This document shows, piece after piece, positions 14,379 to 28,994 of a stretch of 64,000 nucleotides of DNA. Position numbers and translations under genes: made by a program. Positions within the stretch are counted from its first letter, which is position 1, and each line of letters starts with the position of its first letter. The notes beneath the pieces are model-generated. The model was not told where the DNA came from, made no database searches, and was given only the letters and a program-made list of their open reading frames with translations. The stretch is from Escherichia coli (GTDB lineage Bacteria > Pseudomonadota > Gammaproteobacteria > Enterobacterales > Enterobacteriaceae): assembly GCF_041886205.1 (NCBI RefSeq), contig NZ_CP169029.1; one strand, 5' to 3'.

Positions 14379-14411
14379 GCCTCGTGCGGATTCACCCACG
14401 AGGCTTTTTTT
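14379..14411 (+). terminator. intrinsic terminator after zwf
   Basis: GCCTCGTG-loop-CACGAGGC followed by TTTTTTT. Confidence 0.7.
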
Positions 14412-14533
14412 ATTACACTGACTGAAACGTTTTTGCCCTATGAGCTCCGGTTACAGGCGTTTCACTCATAAATCCTCTGAATGAAACGCGTTGTGAATCA
14501 TCCTGCTCTGACAACTCAATTTCAGGAGCCTTT

Positions 14534-16345
14534 ATGAATCCACAATTGTTACGCGTAACAAATCGAATCATTGAACGTTCGCGCGAGACTCGCTCTGCTT
14601 ATCTCGCCCGGATAGAACAAGCGAAAACGTCGACCGTTCATCGTTCGCAGTTGGCATGCGGTAACCTGGCACACGGTTTCGCTGCCTGCCAGCCAGAAGA
14701 CAAAGCCTCTTTGAAAAGCATGTTGCGTAACAATATCGCCATCATCACCTCCTATAACGACATGCTCTCCGCTCACCAGCCTTATGAACACTATCCAGAA
14801 ATCATTCGTAAAGCCCTGCATGAAGCGAATGCGGTTGGTCAGGTTGCGGGCGGTGTTCCGGCGATGTGTGATGGTGTCACCCAGGGGCAGGATGGAATGG
14901 AATTGTCGCTGCTAAGCCGCGAAGTGATAGCGATGTCTGCGGCGGTCGGGCTGTCCCATAACATGTTTGATGGTGCTCTGTTCCTCGGGGTGTGCGACAA
15001 GATTGTCCCGGGTCTGACGATGGCAGCCCTGTCGTTTGGTCATTTGCCTGCGGTGTTTGTACCGTCTGGGCCGATGGCAAGCGGTTTGCCAAATAAAGAA
15101 AAAGTGCGTATTCGCCAGCTTTATGCCGAAGGTAAAGTGGACCGCATGGCCCTACTGGAGTCAGAAGCCGCGTCTTATCATGCGCCGGGAACATGTACTT
15201 TCTACGGTACTGCCAACACCAACCAGATGGTGGTGGAGTTTATGGGGATGCAGTTGCCAGGCTCTTCTTTTGTTCATCCGGACTCTCCGCTGCGCGATGC
15301 TTTGACCGCTGCCGCTGCGCGTCAGGTTACACGCATGACCGGTAATGGTAATGAATGGATGCCGATCGGTAAGATGATCGATGAGAAAGTGGTGGTGAAC
15401 GGTATTGTTGCACTGCTGGCGACCGGTGGTTCCACTAACCACACCATGCACCTGGTGGCGATGGCGCGCGCGGCCGGTATTCAGATTAACTGGGATGACT
15501 TCTCTGACCTTTCTGATGTTGTACCGCTGATGGCACGTCTCTACCCGAACGGTCCGGCCGATATTAACCACTTCCAGGCGGCAGGTGGCGTACCGGTTCT
15601 GGTGCGTGAACTGCTCAAAGCAGGTCTGCTGCATGAAGATGTCAATACGGTGGCAGGCTTTGGTCTGTCTCGTTATACGCTTGAACCATGGCTGAATAAT
15701 GGTGAACTGGACTGGCGGGAAGGGGCGGAAAAATCACTCGACGGCAATGTGATCGCTTCCTTCGAACAACCTTTCTCTCATCATGGTGGGACAAAAGTGT
15801 TAAGCGGTAACCTGGGCCGTGCGGTTATGAAAACCTCTGCCGTGCCGGTTGAGAACCAGGTGATTGAAGCGCCAGCGGTTGTTTTTGAAAGCCAGCATGA
15901 CGTTATGCCGGCCTTTGAAGCGGGTTTGCTGGACCGCGATTGTGTCGTTGTTGTCCGTCATCAGGGGCCAAAAGCGAACGGAATGCCAGAATTACATAAA
16001 CTCATGCCGCCACTTGGTGTATTATTGGACCGGTGTTTCAAAATTGCGTTAGTTACCGATGGACGACTCTCCGGCGCTTCAGGTAAAGTGCCGTCAGCTA
16101 TCCACGTAACACCAGAAGCCTACGATGGCGGGCTGCTGGCAAAAGTGCGCGACGGGGACATCATTCGTGTGAATGGACAGACAGGCGAACTGACGCTGCT
16201 GGTAGACGAAGCGGAACTGGCTGCTCGCGAACCGCACATTCCTGACCTGAGCGCGTCACGCGTGGGAACAGGACGTGAATTATTCAGCGCCTTGCGTGAA
16301 AAACTGTCCGGTGCCGAACAGGGCGCAACCTGTATCACTTTTTAA
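14534..16345 (+). CDS. edd: phosphogluconate dehydratase (Entner-Doudoroff)
   Basis: 603 aa ORF of the IlvD/Edd family; followed by eda. Confidence 0.97.
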   Translation: MNPQLLRVTNRIIERSRETRSAYLARIEQAKTSTVHRSQLACGNLAHGFAACQPEDKASLKSMLRNNIAIITSYNDMLSAHQPYEHYPEIIRKALHEANAVGQVAGGVPAMCDGVTQGQDGMELSLLSREVIAMSAAVGLSHNMFDGALFLGVCDKIVPGLTMAALSFGHLPAVFVPSGPMASGLPNKEKVRIRQLYAEGKVDRMALLESEAASYHAPGTCTFYGTANTNQMVVEFMGMQLPGSSFVHPDSPLRDALTAAAARQVTRMTGNGNEWMPIGKMIDEKVVVNGIVALLATGGSTNHTMHLVAMARAAGIQINWDDFSDLSDVVPLMARLYPNGPADINHFQAAGGVPVLVRELLKAGLLHEDVNTVAGFGLSRYTLEPWLNNGELDWREGAEKSLDGNVIASFEQPFSHHGGTKVLSGNLGRAVMKTSAVPVENQVIEAPAVVFESQHDVMPAFEAGLLDRDCVVVVRHQGPKANGMPELHKLMPPLGVLLDRCFKIALVTDGRLSGASGKVPSAIHVTPEAYDGGLLAKVRDGDIIRVNGQTGELTLLVDEAELAAREPHIPDLSASRVGTGRELFSALREKLSGAEQGATCITF

Positions 16346-16381
16346 GACGACAAATTTGTAATCAGGCGAGAGAAAACTCTG

Positions 16382-17023
16382 ATGAAAAACTGGAAAACAA
16401 GTGCAGAATCAATCCTGACCACCGGCCCGGTTGTACCGGTTATCGTGGTAAAAAAACTGGAACACGCGGTGCCGATGGCAAAAGCGTTGGTTGCTGGTGG
16501 GGTGCGCGTTCTGGAAGTGACTCTGCGTACCGAGTGTGCAGTTGACGCTATCCGTGCTATCGCCAAAGAAGTGCCTGAAGCGATTGTGGGTGCCGGTACG
16601 GTGCTGAATCCACAGCAGCTGGCAGAAGTCACTGAAGCGGGTGCACAGTTCGCAATTAGCCCGGGTCTGACCGAGCCGCTGCTGAAAGCTGCTACCGAAG
16701 GGACTATTCCTCTGATTCCGGGGATCAGCACTGTTTCCGAACTGATGCTGGGTATGGACTACGGTTTGAAAGAGTTCAAATTCTTCCCGGCTGAAGCTAA
16801 CGGCGGCGTGAAAGCCCTGCAGGCGATCGCGGGTCCGTTCTCCCAGGTCCGTTTCTGCCCGACGGGTGGTATTTCTCCGGCTAACTACCGTGACTACCTG
16901 GCGCTGAAAAGCGTGCTGTGCATCGGTGGTTCCTGGCTGGTTCCGGCAGATGCGCTGGAAGCGGGCGATTACGACCGCATTACTAAGCTGGCGCGTGAAG
17001 CTGTAGAAGGCGCTAAGCTGTAA
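16382..17023 (+). CDS. eda: KHG/KDPG aldolase
   Basis: 213 aa ORF with the Eda sequence. Confidence 0.97.
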
Positions 17024-17027
17024 AAGT

Positions 17028-17058
17028 CAAAATGCCCGATCGAGGATCGGGCATTTTT
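17028..17058. terminator. bidirectional terminator between eda and purT
   Basis: ATGCCCGATC-GAG-GATCGGGCAT hairpin flanked by A- and T-runs. Confidence 0.7.
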
Positions 17059-17078
17059 GTAGCGTTTTTTTGCCGGGT

Positions 17079-18257
17079 TTAACCCTGTACTTTTACCTGT
17101 CCGGCGGCGTGCTTCGCGCGTTCAATGGCGTCAACAACACTCTCAGCGGTCGCCAGCGCAACACCCAGACGACGGCTGCCATCAATTTCCGGCTTACCAA
17201 ATAAACGAATCTGCAAATCTGCGCCTACGGCATTCTGCACATTATCAAACGTGACATTCTGACTGGTCAGTTGTGGCAGAATAACGGCAGAAGCTGCAGG
17301 ACCATACTGACGGATCCCGCCAACCGGAAGTCCGAGGAAGGCACGTACATGCAGGGCAAACTCTGAGAGATCTTGAGAAATTAACGTCACCATCCCGGTA
17401 TCATGTGGACGAGGGGAGACCTCACTGAAAATCACCTCATCACCACAGACAAATAGCTCGACACCAAACAACCCATAACCGCCCAGTGCCAGCACCACTT
17501 TACGGGCAATCTCCTGCGCACGTTCAAGGGCAAGCGGGCTCATTTGCTGTGGTTGCCAGGATTCACGGTAGTCGCCATCTTCCTGGCGATGACCTACCGG
17601 TGCACAGAAATGGACGCCATCCACCGCGCTGACGGTTAGCAAGGTAATTTCGAAGTCAAACTTAACGACGCCTTCAACAATTACGCGGCCCGCTCCGGCG
17701 CGACCGCCTTGCTGAGCGTACTTCCATGCCTGAGCAAGTTGCTCTGCAGAACGAATAAACGTCTGCCCCTTGCCGGAAGAGCTCATCACCGGTTTTACAA
17801 TGCAGGGATAGCCAATGTCAGCAACCGCCTCGCGGAAAAGGCTTTCGCTATCGGCAAAACGATAAGTGGAAGTGGGCAGCTGCAGCTCTTCTGCCGCCAG
17901 GCGACGGATACCCTCGCGATTCATCGTTAATTTCGTTGCGCGAGCGCAGGGGACAACATTCAGTCCTTCCTCTTCAAGTTGGATCAGCATATCGGTGGCA
18001 ATAGCTTCGATCTCCGGCACGATATAATGTGGTTTTTCCAGTTCAACCACACGGCGTAATGCATCACCATCAAGCATATTAATGATATGGGAGCGATGCG
18101 CGACATGCATGGCTGGTGCGTCGGCATAGCGATCGACGGCAATCACCTCTACGCCGAGACGCTGACACTCGATTGCCACTTCTTTACCCAGTTCACCGGA
18201 GCCTAATAACATCACGCGAGTTGCTGCCGGACGCAGCGCAGTGCCTAATAACGTCAT
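17079..18257 (-). CDS. purT: formate-dependent GAR transformylase
   Basis: 392 aa ATP-grasp ORF matching PurT. Confidence 0.97.
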   Translation of the reverse strand: MTLLGTALRPAATRVMLLGSGELGKEVAIECQRLGVEVIAVDRYADAPAMHVAHRSHIINMLDGDALRRVVELEKPHYIVPEIEAIATDMLIQLEEEGLNVVPCARATKLTMNREGIRRLAAEELQLPTSTYRFADSESLFREAVADIGYPCIVKPVMSSSGKGQTFIRSAEQLAQAWKYAQQGGRAGAGRVIVEGVVKFDFEITLLTVSAVDGVHFCAPVGHRQEDGDYRESWQPQQMSPLALERAQEIARKVVLALGGYGLFGVELFVCGDEVIFSEVSPRPHDTGMVTLISQDLSEFALHVRAFLGLPVGGIRQYGPAASAVILPQLTSQNVTFDNVQNAVGADLQIRLFGKPEIDGSRRLGVALATAESVVDAIERAKHAAGQVKVQG

Positions 18258-18294
18258 AACGAATATCCCCTGATTAATTCCGCGCGCAGTATAA

Positions 18295-18310
18295 ACGAAA
18301 ACGTTTGCGC
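18295..18310 (-). promoter_or_regulatory. PurR box upstream of purT
   Basis: ACGAAAACGTTTGCGC, close to the PurR palindrome ACGCAAACGTTTTCGT. Confidence 0.6.
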
Positions 18311-18355
18311 GTGTCTTTATTGCTGATGTTGATTTCTCAACCGAAAAGAAATATA

Positions 18356-18371
18356 CTGTATAAAATCACAG
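18356..18371 (+). promoter_or_regulatory. LexA (SOS) box upstream of yebG
   Basis: CTGTATAAAATCACAG, a near-consensus CTGT-N8-ACAG site about 20 bp upstream of yebG. Confidence 0.75.
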
Positions 18372-18390
18372 TTATTATGAGAGGCTGCAA

Positions 18391-18681
18391 ATGGCGGTTG
18401 AAGTTAAATACGTAGTCATTCGTGAGGGCGAAGAGAAAATGTCGTTTACCAGCAAAAAGGAAGCCGATGCTTATGATAAAATGCTTGATACGGCGGATCT
18501 GCTTGACACCTGGCTGACAAATTCTCCAGTGCAAATGGAAGACGAGCAACGTGAAGCCCTTTCGCTATGGCTGGCAGAACAAAAAGATGTGCTGAGCACC
18601 ATTCTGAAAACCGGCAAATTACCGTCCCCACAGGTCGTCGGTGCTGAATCCGAAGAGGAAGATGCCTCACACGCGGCCTGA
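18391..18681 (+). CDS. yebG: SOS-inducible protein YebG
   Basis: 96 aa ORF directly downstream of a LexA box. Confidence 0.9.
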   Translation: MAVEVKYVVIREGEEKMSFTSKKEADAYDKMLDTADLLDTWLTNSPVQMEDEQREALSLWLAEQKDVLSTILKTGKLPSPQVVGAESEEEDASHAA

Positions 18682-18699
18682 AGCAACTTGCGCTCCTGA

Positions 18700-19104
<405 letters not shown>

Positions 19105-19179
19105 TGGCTTCTGATAATTCGATTGACCGTTGGCGGATGCGGCGCGAGTGCCTTGTCCGCCCCAGAACGCACCACAATC

Positions 19180-19213
19180 GTAGGCCTGAGAAGACGCAAC
19201 AGCGTCGCATCGG
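19180..19213. repeat. REP element
   Basis: Minus-strand reading GCCCGATGCGACGCTGTTGCGTCTTCTCAGGCCTAC matches the REP consensus. Confidence 0.55.
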
Positions 19214-19430
19214 GCAATCAGCATCAAACAATGCCACTCAAAACGACAAACTACTTTCACCTAAAATACCCTTATCACCTGATATACAGTAAATACCTTA
19301 CCTGGCGCGAATTTCTTTGAATAACGGCCTACCGCCCCGCTTATTTGCGCATCTTTTGTCTCGATATACATTTTCTGACATCCTCATCCGCTATGCTACA
19401 GGCACTAAAAATGGTTATTGAGGAGCAAAT

Positions 19431-20090
19431 ATGGCTAACTGGTTAAATCAACTGCAATCCCTGCTTGGGCAAAGCAGTTCTTCTACCTCCTCGTCTGCGG
19501 ATCAGGGATTGGGCAAACTGTTAGTGCCAGGCGCATTAGGCGGACTGGCTGGGCTGCTGGTCGCAAATAAATCAGCACGTAAACTTCTTACGAAATATGG
19601 CACCAACGCGTTACTGGTTGGCGGCGGAGCGGTAGCGGGTACGGTGCTGTGGAATAAATACAAAGATAAAATTCGCGCGGCGCATCAGGACGAACCGCAG
19701 TTTGGCGCGCAAAGTACGCCGCTGGATGAGCGTACAGAACGTTTGATCCTTGCGCTGGTCTTTGCCGCTAAAAGTGATGGTCATATTGATGCCAAAGAAC
19801 GTGCGGCAATCGACCAGCAATTGCGTGAAGCCGGCGTGGAAGAGCAGGGGCGTGTACTCATTGAGCAGGCAATCGAACAACCGCTGGATCCACAACGCCT
19901 GGCTACCGGGGTCCGCAATGAAGAAGAGGCGCTGGAAATCTATTTCCTGAGTTGCGCGGCTATTGATATTGACCATTTTATGGAACGCAGTTACCTGAAT
20001 GCACTGGGTGACGCGCTGAAAATCCCCCAGGATGTTCGTGACGGCATTGAACGCGATCTCGAACAGCAAAAACGCACTTTGGCGGAATAA
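19431..20090 (+). CDS. yebE: inner membrane protein YebE (DUF533)
   Basis: 219 aa ORF; synteny between yebF and ptrB. Confidence 0.88.
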   Translation: MANWLNQLQSLLGQSSSSTSSSADQGLGKLLVPGALGGLAGLLVANKSARKLLTKYGTNALLVGGGAVAGTVLWNKYKDKIRAAHQDEPQFGAQSTPLDERTERLILALVFAAKSDGHIDAKERAAIDQQLREAGVEEQGRVLIEQAIEQPLDPQRLATGVRNEEEALEIYFLSCAAIDIDHFMERSYLNALGDALKIPQDVRDGIERDLEQQKRTLAE

Positions 20091-20271
20091 TTCCGCTCTC
20101 TGGATAGCCTGAAGTTGACTATTTCGGGCTATCCAGAATCGCACAGCCATTTGAACAGGCTGATTTTCTCTGTCTGCATAACATTCGATATCCGCGCCAT
20201 TACCTGTCATCATCTAAGCAATGACTCCCCTGTTTCGCTTGCATCCCCGGTGAGTTTTGCCACCCTTATAA

Positions 20272-23018
<2,747 letters not shown>

Positions 23019-23041
23019 GGCATGCTCCAGGCCGAAAAAGC

Positions 23042-23698
23042 CTAGCGTAATGGAATGATATCGCCTTGCCAACCCTGTGATGAACGCTGACCGACTAACA
23101 ATAATGAACCACGATCGGCGCGAACGATGAGACGACCATGTTCATCCCATAGTGCACTGTTACCACGGGCATTTGCCATCAGCACGGCAATGGAGTACTG
23201 ATGTGAAAAAAATTGTAAGCGGCGGGTAGATGCCAGTAGGTCGGGTTCCCCCAGACATTGCCCTGTCGTAAACAGTGAACAGGTCGGGTCCATATCCATA
23301 CCTTGCGGTTGTTCATCTACCACCGTGATGGTTCTGGAACGACGGCCCAGACATGCACCATGACTCTGATGGTAGATCCCCGGCGTTTTTCGCCACGGTG
23401 CGAACACCGCAATTCCACGAATAAAGCGATCGTTATATTCAACGGGAAGGCCGGCAATGATGGTCATTCGCCAGGTCGTTGCGGCATAACAAAGCGGGTC
23501 TAACAGTGAGAGATCGGGTGGGGCAGGAAGGGCACGTCGCGAATAATCACACCCCAGTAAAGAAAGCGATGGAAAAACTAACAGCTGACATTGTTGCCTG
23601 GCGGCGGCCCTCACAAACTCCAGATGATGAGCTACCTGTTCGGTGAGTGAGGTTTTACGAGGCTCATATTGCGCTGCTGCAACTTTCCAGAACGACAT
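23042..23698 (-). CDS. yobB: carbon-nitrogen hydrolase family protein YobB
   Basis: 218 aa ORF between exoX and holE. Confidence 0.85.
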   Translation of the reverse strand: MSFWKVAAAQYEPRKTSLTEQVAHHLEFVRAAARQQCQLLVFPSLSLLGCDYSRRALPAPPDLSLLDPLCYAATTWRMTIIAGLPVEYNDRFIRGIAVFAPWRKTPGIYHQSHGACLGRRSRTITVVDEQPQGMDMDPTCSLFTTGQCLGEPDLLASTRRLQFFSHQYSIAVLMANARGNSALWDEHGRLIVRADRGSLLLVGQRSSQGWQGDIIPLR

Positions 23699-23799
23699 AA
23701 TGACTTCCTTTTCAAAATGACTGCAAATTATGGGTGCAGTTTAGAAAATACTCATAATTTAGCAGGCGTTATGTAAGAAAGTGTAACTCTGTATAAGTT

Positions 23800-24030
23800 T
23801 TATTTAAGTTTGGGCTCGTAAGGTAAACGTGACAGATTGACCGAAGCCAAACGGTGGGCAATAAGCCGCTCGCGAAACCAGCTGCGCAAATGTTCAGGCT
23901 GTTCACGTTCAACCGCTTCAGCGATCACCGGCATATTGTAGCGTTCTTTAAATGCCACCCCGGCCGCCGCCAAATCGACATTCACTTTATCCATTTCTGT
24001 TTGATCCAGTTTAGCCAGATTCTTCAGCAT
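23800..24030 (-). CDS. holE: DNA polymerase III theta subunit
   Basis: Start set at [31 protein letters not shown] (76 aa). Confidence 0.9.
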
Positions 24031-24168
24031 TCTTAATCTCCTCATCATTCGCGGGCAAAAGTTACTAAGAGTGAGCCTGGATGGCAAGCCGGAATTGATG
24101 ATCCTCGACTCAGACATTAGACAAGGTTATGCTCTGTAAAAAAGTTATTACAAAAAGGAATAGATAAT

Positions 24169-24543
24169 ATGGCTTCAACTGCACGCTCCCTTCGCTACGC
24201 GCTGGCAATCATGACCACTTCGTTGGTGACACCTTCCGTCTGGGCACATGCGCATTTAATGCATCAGTATCCTGCGGCAAACGCGCAAGTGACAGCATCT
24301 CCGCAGGCAATCACTTTAAACTTCTCGGAAGGCGTTGAAACAGGATTCAGTGGTGCAAAAATCACGGGGCCAAAAAACGAAAATATTAAAACATTACCGG
24401 CGAAGCGAAATGAGCAGGACCAAAAGCAACTGATTGTTCCACTGGCCGATTCGCTGAAACCCGGAACCTACACCGTTGACTGGCATGTTGTTTCGGTGGA
24501 CGGGCATAAAACGAAAGGACACTACACCTTTAGCGTGAAATAA
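24169..24543 (+). CDS. yobA: CopC-family periplasmic copper-binding protein
   Basis: 124 aa, signal peptide, CopC-like; followed by the CopD-like yebZ. Confidence 0.9.
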   Translation: MASTARSLRYALAIMTTSLVTPSVWAHAHLMHQYPAANAQVTASPQAITLNFSEGVETGFSGAKITGPKNENIKTLPAKRNEQDQKQLIVPLADSLKPGTYTVDWHVVSVDGHKTKGHYTFSVK

Positions 24544-24546
24544 ATC

Positions 24547-25419
24547 ATGCTGGCGTTTACCTGGATCGCGCTGCGATTTATCCATTTCACCTCGCTGATG
24601 CTGGTTTTTGGCTTCGCAATGTACGGTGCCTGGCTGGCCCCCTTAACGATTCGTCGTTTGCTGGCGAAGCGTTTTCTGCGTTTACAACAGCACGCTGCCG
24701 TCTGGAGTTTGATCAGTGCCACTGCAATGCTCGCCGTTCAGGGCGGGTTGATGGGAACGGGATGGAAAGATGTATTTTCGCCAAACATTTGGCAGGCTGT
24801 TTTGCAAACGCAGTTTGGTGGCGTCTGGTTATGGCAAATTGTTCTCGCCCTCGTAACGTTGATCGTCGCCCTTATGCAACCGCGGAATATGCCACGTTTG
24901 CTGTTTATGCTCACTACCGCGCAATTTATTCTGCTGGCGGGAGTGGGGCATGCGACGCTGAATGAAGGGGTAACGGCGAAAATCCATCAGACTAATCACG
25001 CGATTCACCTGATTTGTGCGGCGGCGTGGTTTGGGGGATTACTGCCGGTGCTCTGGTGTATGCAACTCATCAAAGGCCGTTGGCGACACCAGGCTATTCA
25101 GGCGCTGATGCGTTTTTCCTGGTGCGGGCATTTTGCGGTGATCGGCGTACTGGCAAGCGGCGTGCTTAATGCATTGTTGATTACCGGATTTCCCCCCACG
25201 ATTACGACTTACTGGGGCCAACTCTTATTGCTCAAAGCCATCCTGGTGATGATTATGGTGGTCATTGCGCTGGCTAATCGTTATGTTCTTGTACCGCGCA
25301 TGAGGCAGGATGAAGATCGTGCGGCTCCCTGGTTTGTGTGGATGACTAAACTCGAATGGGCGATAGGTGCGGTAGTGCTGGTGATCATCAGCCTGCTTGC
25401 GACTCTCGAACCTTTTTGA
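24547..25419 (+). CDS. yebZ: CopD-family inner membrane protein
   Basis: 290 aa polytopic membrane ORF. Confidence 0.9.
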   Translation: MLAFTWIALRFIHFTSLMLVFGFAMYGAWLAPLTIRRLLAKRFLRLQQHAAVWSLISATAMLAVQGGLMGTGWKDVFSPNIWQAVLQTQFGGVWLWQIVLALVTLIVALMQPRNMPRLLFMLTTAQFILLAGVGHATLNEGVTAKIHQTNHAIHLICAAAWFGGLLPVLWCMQLIKGRWRHQAIQALMRFSWCGHFAVIGVLASGVLNALLITGFPPTITTYWGQLLLLKAILVMIMVVIALANRYVLVPRMRQDEDRAAPWFVWMTKLEWAIGAVVLVIISLLATLEPF

Positions 25420-25431
25420 TGGATTACGAAA

Positions 25432-25773
25432 ATGATGAAAAAAATTATTCTGGCGTTTCTGTTACTCACCAGTTCTGCAGCGGCGCTGGCTGCACCGCAG
25501 GTGATTACCGTCAGCCGTTTTGAAGTGGGTAAAGACAAATGGGCGTTTAATCGCGAAGAGGTGATGCTGACTTGCAGACCGGGTAATGCTTTGTATGTCA
25601 TTAACCCAAGTACCCTCGTGCAGTATCCTTTAAACGATATCGCACAGAAGGAAGTTGCCAGTGGGAAGACTAAAGCCCAACCCATTTCGGTGATTCAGAT
25701 TGATGATCCCAACAATCCCGGCGAAAAAATGAGTCTGGCACCGTTTATAGAACGAGCTGAAAAACTCTGTTAA
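25432..25773 (+). CDS. yebY: DUF2511 secreted protein YebY
   Basis: 113 aa with signal peptide; third gene of the yobA-yebZ-yebY cluster. Confidence 0.85.
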   Translation: MMKKIILAFLLLTSSAAALAAPQVITVSRFEVGKDKWAFNREEVMLTCRPGNALYVINPSTLVQYPLNDIAQKEVASGKTKAQPISVIQIDDPNNPGEKMSLAPFIERAEKLC

Positions 25774-25802
25774 TTACCTAAAATAGCCTTTTGATTTCCA
25801 AT

Positions 25803-25845
25803 AAAAAAACCGCCTCAGTTCTTTCACCAGAACGGGCGGTTTTTA
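25803..25845. terminator. bidirectional terminator (yebY on plus, RyeA on minus)
   Basis: A-run, ACCGCC...GGCGGT stem, T-run. Confidence 0.55.
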
Positions 25846-26080
25846 ACATTTAAGCTGATGACCACCGCGCTTTTTATTGACCATTTTGCACGCAAACTGG
25901 AAAACCTGGCGTCGTCATCTATTCTTAAAGGGCAAGGCAACTAAGCCTGCATTAATGCCAACTTTTAGCGCACGGCTCTCTCCCAAGAGCCATTTCCCTG
26001 GACCGAATACAGGAATCGTGTTCGGTCTCTTTTTATCTGTTAAAAGCCAGAAGCATTTCCTTCGCTGACTTTATAGTCAA
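25806..26080 (-). ncRNA. ryeA: antisense sRNA RyeA (SraC), overlapping SdsR
   Basis: Known to be transcribed opposite SdsR at this locus; ends are inferred, not read from sequence. Confidence 0.45.
25932..26034 (+). ncRNA. sdsR: sRNA SdsR (RyeB)
   Basis: GCAAGGCAACTAAGCCTGCATTAATGCCAACTTTTAGCGCACGGCTCTCTCCCAAGAGCC...GGTCTCTTTTT matches the SdsR sequence I recall; sits in the yebY-pphA intergenic region as in K-12. Confidence 0.85.
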
Positions 26081-26165
26081 CCATAACACACACTCTACTG
26101 TCTGAGTCCAGCATTTTTTAACATTCTTGTTAAGATTATGTGATCTTTAGCGCGGGAGGAAAATA

Positions 26166-26825
26166 TTGATGAAACAGCCTGCGCCCGTTTATCAGAGAAT
26201 TGCGGGTCATCAATGGCGACATATCTGGCTTTCTGGCGATATACACGGTTGTCTTGAGCAGTTGCGCCGCAAATTATGGCATTGTCGTTTTGATCCGTGG
26301 CGAGATTTACTTATCTCAGTGGGAGACGTTATCGATCGTGGGCCGCAAAGTTTACGTTGTCTGCAGTTACTGGAACAACATTGGGTTCGTGCGGTAAGAG
26401 GCAATCATGAACAGATGGCGATGGATGCGCTGGCATCCCAGCAGATGTCTTTATGGTTGATGAATGGCGGCGACTGGTTTATTGCGCTGGCAGATAATCA
26501 ACAGAAACAAGCGAAAACGGCGCTGGGGAAATGTCAGCATTTGCCCTTTATTCTTGAAGTACACAGTCGCACCGGCAAGCATGTTATTGCTCATGCCGAT
26601 TATCCAGATGATGTTTATGAATGGCAAAAGGACGTCGATTTGCATCAGGTCTTGTGGAGCCGCTCGCGATTAAGTGAACGCCAAAAAGTGCAGGGAATTA
26701 CAGGTGCTGATCATTTCTGGTTTGGTCATACACCGTTGCGACATCGCGTGGATATTGGCAACCTGCATTATATTGATACCGGTGCTGTCTTTGGGGGCGA
26801 ACTGACTCTTGTGCAATTGCAATAA
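26166..26825 (+). CDS. pphA: serine/threonine protein phosphatase 1 (PPP family)
   Basis: 219 aa; metallophosphatase motifs GDIHG, GDVIDRG, GNHE. Confidence 0.92.
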   Translation: MMKQPAPVYQRIAGHQWRHIWLSGDIHGCLEQLRRKLWHCRFDPWRDLLISVGDVIDRGPQSLRCLQLLEQHWVRAVRGNHEQMAMDALASQQMSLWLMNGGDWFIALADNQQKQAKTALGKCQHLPFILEVHSRTGKHVIAHADYPDDVYEWQKDVDLHQVLWSRSRLSERQKVQGITGADHFWFGHTPLRHRVDIGNLHYIDTGAVFGGELTLVQLQ

Positions 26826-27017
26826 TTAAAAATCACCGTACTCCTGTGCAGGTCGCCAGAAACCATCTATAAAATCCTCAATCGGAAAACAACCGCCATG
26901 GCGGATCCGTTGATCGCTCATAGAATGAAGACACTGCTGTTCCGTGTTGTAGACATCCACAACAATATCTTCACAACCGCCATCCAGGTAGCAAACAAAA
27001 AGTACCAGCGCGAACAT
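26826..27017 (-). CDS. yebW: small protein YebW
   Basis: Start set at MFALVLFVCYLDGG (63 aa); track ORF extends upstream. Confidence 0.7.
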   Translation of the reverse strand: MFALVLFVCYLDGGCEDIVVDVYNTEQQCLHSMSDQRIRHGGCFPIEDFIDGFWRPAQEYGDF

Positions 27018-27121
27018 TTCATCCCCGAAGTGTGGTGCCGTACCGTTAAGTTTAGGAGAGATTTTACAACGGGGGAATAACCAGGACAAATAACCCGCCA
27101 TGCCGACGGGTTCTTTTTGGA

Positions 27122-27358
27122 TCAGGCAAGACGCATAATCCAGGCATCAGATTGTTGATCGTAACGGGTACGGTAAAGGACAGAGTGTTCGCCATTTAGC
27201 AGGGCAGGGATACTGGTTTCAGCATCCCAGGCATCCAGTTGCATACATAAATCGGGGTCAGATTTACAAGGAATGGTTAACGTTCGATCACCCGGCGATT
27301 CACCGTGTAATTCGCCGTCGTCGATTTCAAAAGCGCCTATGCGCACACTGGTTTTCAT
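27122..27358 (-). CDS. yebV: small protein YebV
   Basis: Start set at MKTSVRIGAFEIDDGE (78 aa). Confidence 0.78.
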   Translation of the reverse strand: MKTSVRIGAFEIDDGELHGESPGDRTLTIPCKSDPDLCMQLDAWDAETSIPALLNGEHSVLYRTRYDQQSDAWIMRLA

Positions 27359-27475
27359 CTTCGTGCTCTCCATTTAGCTGCCGATTGTGGTACGACCAGT
27401 CCGATCGCACCATTTTTCAGCCTAGTTGAGGCCGCCGAATGTGCCAGTCAAAAAGTGCGCTTTTTTTGTGCGCTG

Positions 27476-28915
27476 TCAGGCGTTACCGGTAAAAAGTTTC
27501 CCATCGCGCACCAGTTCACGCGGATAGCTGTTTTTCAATCGCGAACCAATCCGTTTGGCTAAACCAATCGGTTGATGCTGGAAAGTAACCAATACATCAT
27601 CCGCCACTGGCGCGGCTTGCGGGTAAACATCGCGCCCGCGATACCACTCCTCCGCTTCCTGCGGTGTCAGCTCGAATGCATTCATATTATCGGGTGAGGC
27701 AAGAGCAATAACCGCTTCATGCTGCCAGCGATAACCTTTGTTGTGCGTCTCGGCAAGTTTAATCCCCAACCGAGAAAATCGGACTTTACCGATCAGGGCT
27801 TCAATGCCCACCGGGAACAACCACAGTTCTTTGTCACGCTGCCAGAGGCGCAGGTTTTCATCCCAGTTTAAGCCAACACCTGCAGCCGCCTGCCGAATTT
27901 GTCCAGCTTCGCGATCTTTCACCGGGCTGAACGGAAAATTGCCCACTTTGTATGTTGGGGTGGGTAAGGCGGGAATGGCCTGAGTTTTACGCAGACGAGC
28001 AACGAAGAAGCCTTCGCAGTCGTAAATTTGTGGGAAAACATGCAAAAAGCCTTCTTCGGTCAGCGCTTTGTTTGCACCAGGGAAGAGCTCGCCAAGTGGT
28101 AAAAACTCTACTGCGTCAGGGTAAGTCTCTTTCAGCCACATGCAAACGGCTTCGTTTTCTTCCCTGTTTAAGGTACAGGTCGAGTAAACCAGCGTACCAC
28201 CAGGACGTAATGCATGAAAGGCGCTGTCGATAAGCTCCCGTTGTGTAGCTGCGATTTCCTGATTGCTTTCTGGTGACCAGTTTTTTAGCGCATCGGGATC
28301 TTTACGCACCACGCCTTCGCCAGAGCAGGGAGCGTCCAGCAAAATGGCATCGAACATTTCTGGCACTGCCACACCAAACACGCGGCCATCAAAATGTGTG
28401 AGCGCAACATTACTGATGCCACAGCGGCTGATATTGGCATGTAACACTTTTACCCGACTGGCGGAAAACTCATTGGCAAGGATTGCCCCTTCGTTATTCA
28501 TCCGCGCGGCAATTTGCGTCGTTTTGGAGCCAGGCGCAGCAGCGACATCCATCACCCGCTGTGGTGCATTACCGTCAGCAAACAAGGCAGCAACGGGCAA
28601 CATTGAACTGGCTTCCTGAATATAAAACAGGCCGCTTAAATGCTCGGCGGTACTACCCAATGGCAATGCATCTTCATTGTCGCGTTCAATCCAGAAACCT
28701 TCTTCACACCACGGAATTGGCGTAAGCGTCCAGCCATAAGGAGCGGTTAATTGCAGGAAATCAGCAACGGAGATTTTCAGCGTATTAACGCGAATGCTGC
28801 GGCGCAACGGGCGCTGACAGGCGGCAAGAAAATCATCAAAAGAGAGCGTCGAAGGCATCGCTTCGCGCATTTGCGTCAGAAAGGCGTCCGGGAAATAAAC
28901 GGTGTGTTGGGCCAC
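27476..28915 (-). CDS. rsmF: 16S rRNA m5C1407 methyltransferase
   Basis: About 479 aa SAM-dependent NOL1/NOP2/Sun-family ORF; GTG start after [10 protein letters not shown]. Confidence 0.93.
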   Translation of the reverse strand: MAQHTVYFPDAFLTQMREAMPSTLSFDDFLAACQRPLRRSIRVNTLKISVADFLQLTAPYGWTLTPIPWCEEGFWIERDNEDALPLGSTAEHLSGLFYIQEASSMLPVAALFADGNAPQRVMDVAAAPGSKTTQIAARMNNEGAILANEFSASRVKVLHANISRCGISNVALTHFDGRVFGVAVPEMFDAILLDAPCSGEGVVRKDPDALKNWSPESNQEIAATQRELIDSAFHALRPGGTLVYSTCTLNREENEAVCMWLKETYPDAVEFLPLGELFPGANKALTEEGFLHVFPQIYDCEGFFVARLRKTQAIPALPTPTYKVGNFPFSPVKDREAGQIRQAAAGVGLNWDENLRLWQRDKELWLFPVGIEALIGKVRFSRLGIKLAETHNKGYRWQHEAVIALASPDNMNAFELTPQEAEEWYRGRDVYPQAAPVADDVLVTFQHQPIGLAKRIGSRLKNSYPRELVRDGKLFTGNA

Positions 28916-28994
28916 GAGCATGTACCACTGGCAAAAAAACAGGCGCGCAGTTTAGCATAAACGCTCCGGCGCAGGCACGCCGGAGCAGTGGGCA

